Assembly: GCA_965262115.1 (NCBI GenBank)
Contig: OZ253496.1
Span: 192,001-256,000, forward strand
Direction: 5' to 3'
Length of the DNA: 64,000 bases
From: Nitrospinales bacterium
Lineage (GTDB): Bacteria > Nitrospinota > Nitrospinia > Nitrospinales > VA-1
Shown: piece by piece, positions 62,730 through 64,000 of the stretch
How positions within the stretch are numbered: the stretch's first letter is position 1
How the letters are laid out: each line of letters starts with the position of its first letter
Position numbers and translations under genes: made by a program
Notes under the pieces: generated by a model
Databases searched by the model: none
Seen by the model: the letters and a program-made list of their open reading frames with translations, nothing else
Told to the model about the DNA's origin: nothing

Positions 62730-64000
62730 TCAGGCGTTTTTATCTTTAGGAATAATGACAGGAATGACAATAGGCTCCCCAACGGAAAGCGCCCTAATAT
62801 CTTTATCAGAGTTGTAGCTGCTCAACAGCCAAAGAGGAATGGTGTAATTCTCGTTGCGCATCTCCCATAAGGTCTCACCCTTTTCAACACTCCGAATGGT
62901 CAACTTGCTGATTTCGTAATTATTGAAAAAGTATTCCTGAATCGCCTTATGGTATTCCTGCCTTTTTTCTTCAAATTTGTCGGGGAGAGTCTTGGAAAAA
63001 TTAACGCGAAGCTTATCGTTGACCGATATGTTACCCCGTTTCCCAATACGGTTTATCCTTCTCAATTCCCTTACCGAAAGTAGCGACCACTCGGCGTAAT
63101 GGCTGAGTGTTTCATCAAAGTCAACGGTGATGGTTCCCATCCGCGAATCAGAATTTTCATCAGGAGAAAACGATACCGGTTTGAAAGCAGAACGATTTCG
63201 ATTGATCTTATCAGTAGTGTTTCGGGCTACTCGAAGAGTACCTGATGAAACGGCTCTTCCCGTTTTAACTGTTGTAGGTTTTTTCGCGGTTTTTGAGGAT
63301 TTTGCAACCTGCGAGCGATCTACCGTTAATTTAAAGTTTCGGGATGTTACAGTTTTAGATGTCAACTGAACTTTGTTATCAATAATCTCCTGACCGGGAA
63401 CCTTTATTCTTTGCCCAGGATACAGAGCGTCAGGGTTCCGAAACCGGTTAATGCGGGTAAGATGCCTCACATCGGTATCAAAATGTTTTGCAATCTTGGA
63501 AAGATTGTCGTGTCTTCGAACTTTGTAAAACACAAGTTTTACGCGAACATTACTGGAATCCAGTTTAGCCAGCCGGAATGAAGGCTGACGCCGGGATTTT
63601 CCTTTTGGTAATTGAAGTACTTGGCCGATATAAATGCGATTGCGTCTTCCTATATTGTTGTAGCTCTTCAAGGATCTTACCGTTGTCCCAAAACGCAAAG
63701 CAACTCCCGACAGGGTGTCCCCTCTTCTGACGGTATACCATTTGGATCGCAATTGACTGCCATACTTTACTTTTTGTGGGATCTGGCCATAGCGCGCGAC
63801 CATATTTTTCACCTTCCTGGCAGGAGCCTGGAAAACAAATCCTCTTGGAATCCGTTTTTCCCCATTTAAAACCGGGCGCCTGAGAGCAGGGTTTGCTTCT
63901 GCTATTTCTTCCCGCGACATCTTAAAGTGATTCATCGCAGTTCGAATGTTGATATAGTCAGGCAACCTGAAGGAAACCTTGTTGATCGGTCTTTTTATAA
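62730..64000 (-). CDS. LysM-domain protein, probably an MltD-like lytic transglycosylase (5' end outside the window)
   Basis: YTVRRGDTLS, YKVRRHDNLS, ANPAL. Confidence 0.8.
   Translation of the reverse strand, partial: IKRPINKVSFRLPDYINIRTAMNHFKMSREEIAEANPALRRPVLNGEKRIPRGFVFQAPARKVKNMVARYGQIPQKVKYGSQLRSKWYTVRRGDTLSGVALRFGTTVRSLKSYNNIGRRNRIYIGQVLQLPKGKSRRQPSFRLAKLDSSNVRVKLVFYKVRRHDNLSKIAKHFDTDVRHLTRINRFRNPDALYPGQRIKVPGQEIIDNKVQLTSKTVTSRNFKLTVDRSQVAKSSKTAKKPTTVKTGRAVSSGTLRVARNTTDKINRNRSAFKPVSFSPDENSDSRMGTITVDFDETLSHYAEWSLLSVRELRRINRIGKRGNISVNDKLRVNFSKTLPDKFEEKRQEYHKAIQEYFFNNYEISKLTIRSVEKGETLWEMRNENYTIPLWLLSSYNSDKDIRALSVGEPIVIPVIIPKDKNA

Overview
64 kb of bacterial chromosome with moderate GC. 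The gene content suggests Nitrospinota/Nitrospinaceae, but that is my inference and was not checked. Housekeeping blocks are intact: larC, tRNA-Gly, tatC, rpiB-glyA-nrdR, ccsA-hemA-hemC, nadC, split transketolase, TolC/MacAB-type exporter, pabB/pabC-like, bioF-esterase-bioC and pyrR-pyrB-pyrC-carA-orf-carB with a PyrR attenuator. The window appears to span the replication terminus: a XerC/D dif site lies at 31441-31468 and KOPS octamers flip polarity around it. Main accessory observations: (i) an AT-rich PHP-phosphoesterase/ABC-ATPase (Ppl/TrlF-like) plus a small partner gene, bracketed by two 30-bp hairpin sites that look like cassette boundaries; (ii) a MITE family sharing its terminal inverted repeats with an IS5-family remnant, carrying different palindromic cargo, with 9-bp target duplications, one copy splitting a peptidase gene; (iii) a second MITE type and several mosaic REP-like palindromes; (iv) a putative metal-regulated operon with a His/Cys-rich leader ORF ending in PPP; (v) a frameshifted GC-rich Ig/PKD autotransporter; (vi) about ten broken accessory genes beside intact core genes. 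All calls come from reading the sequence; no searches were run.
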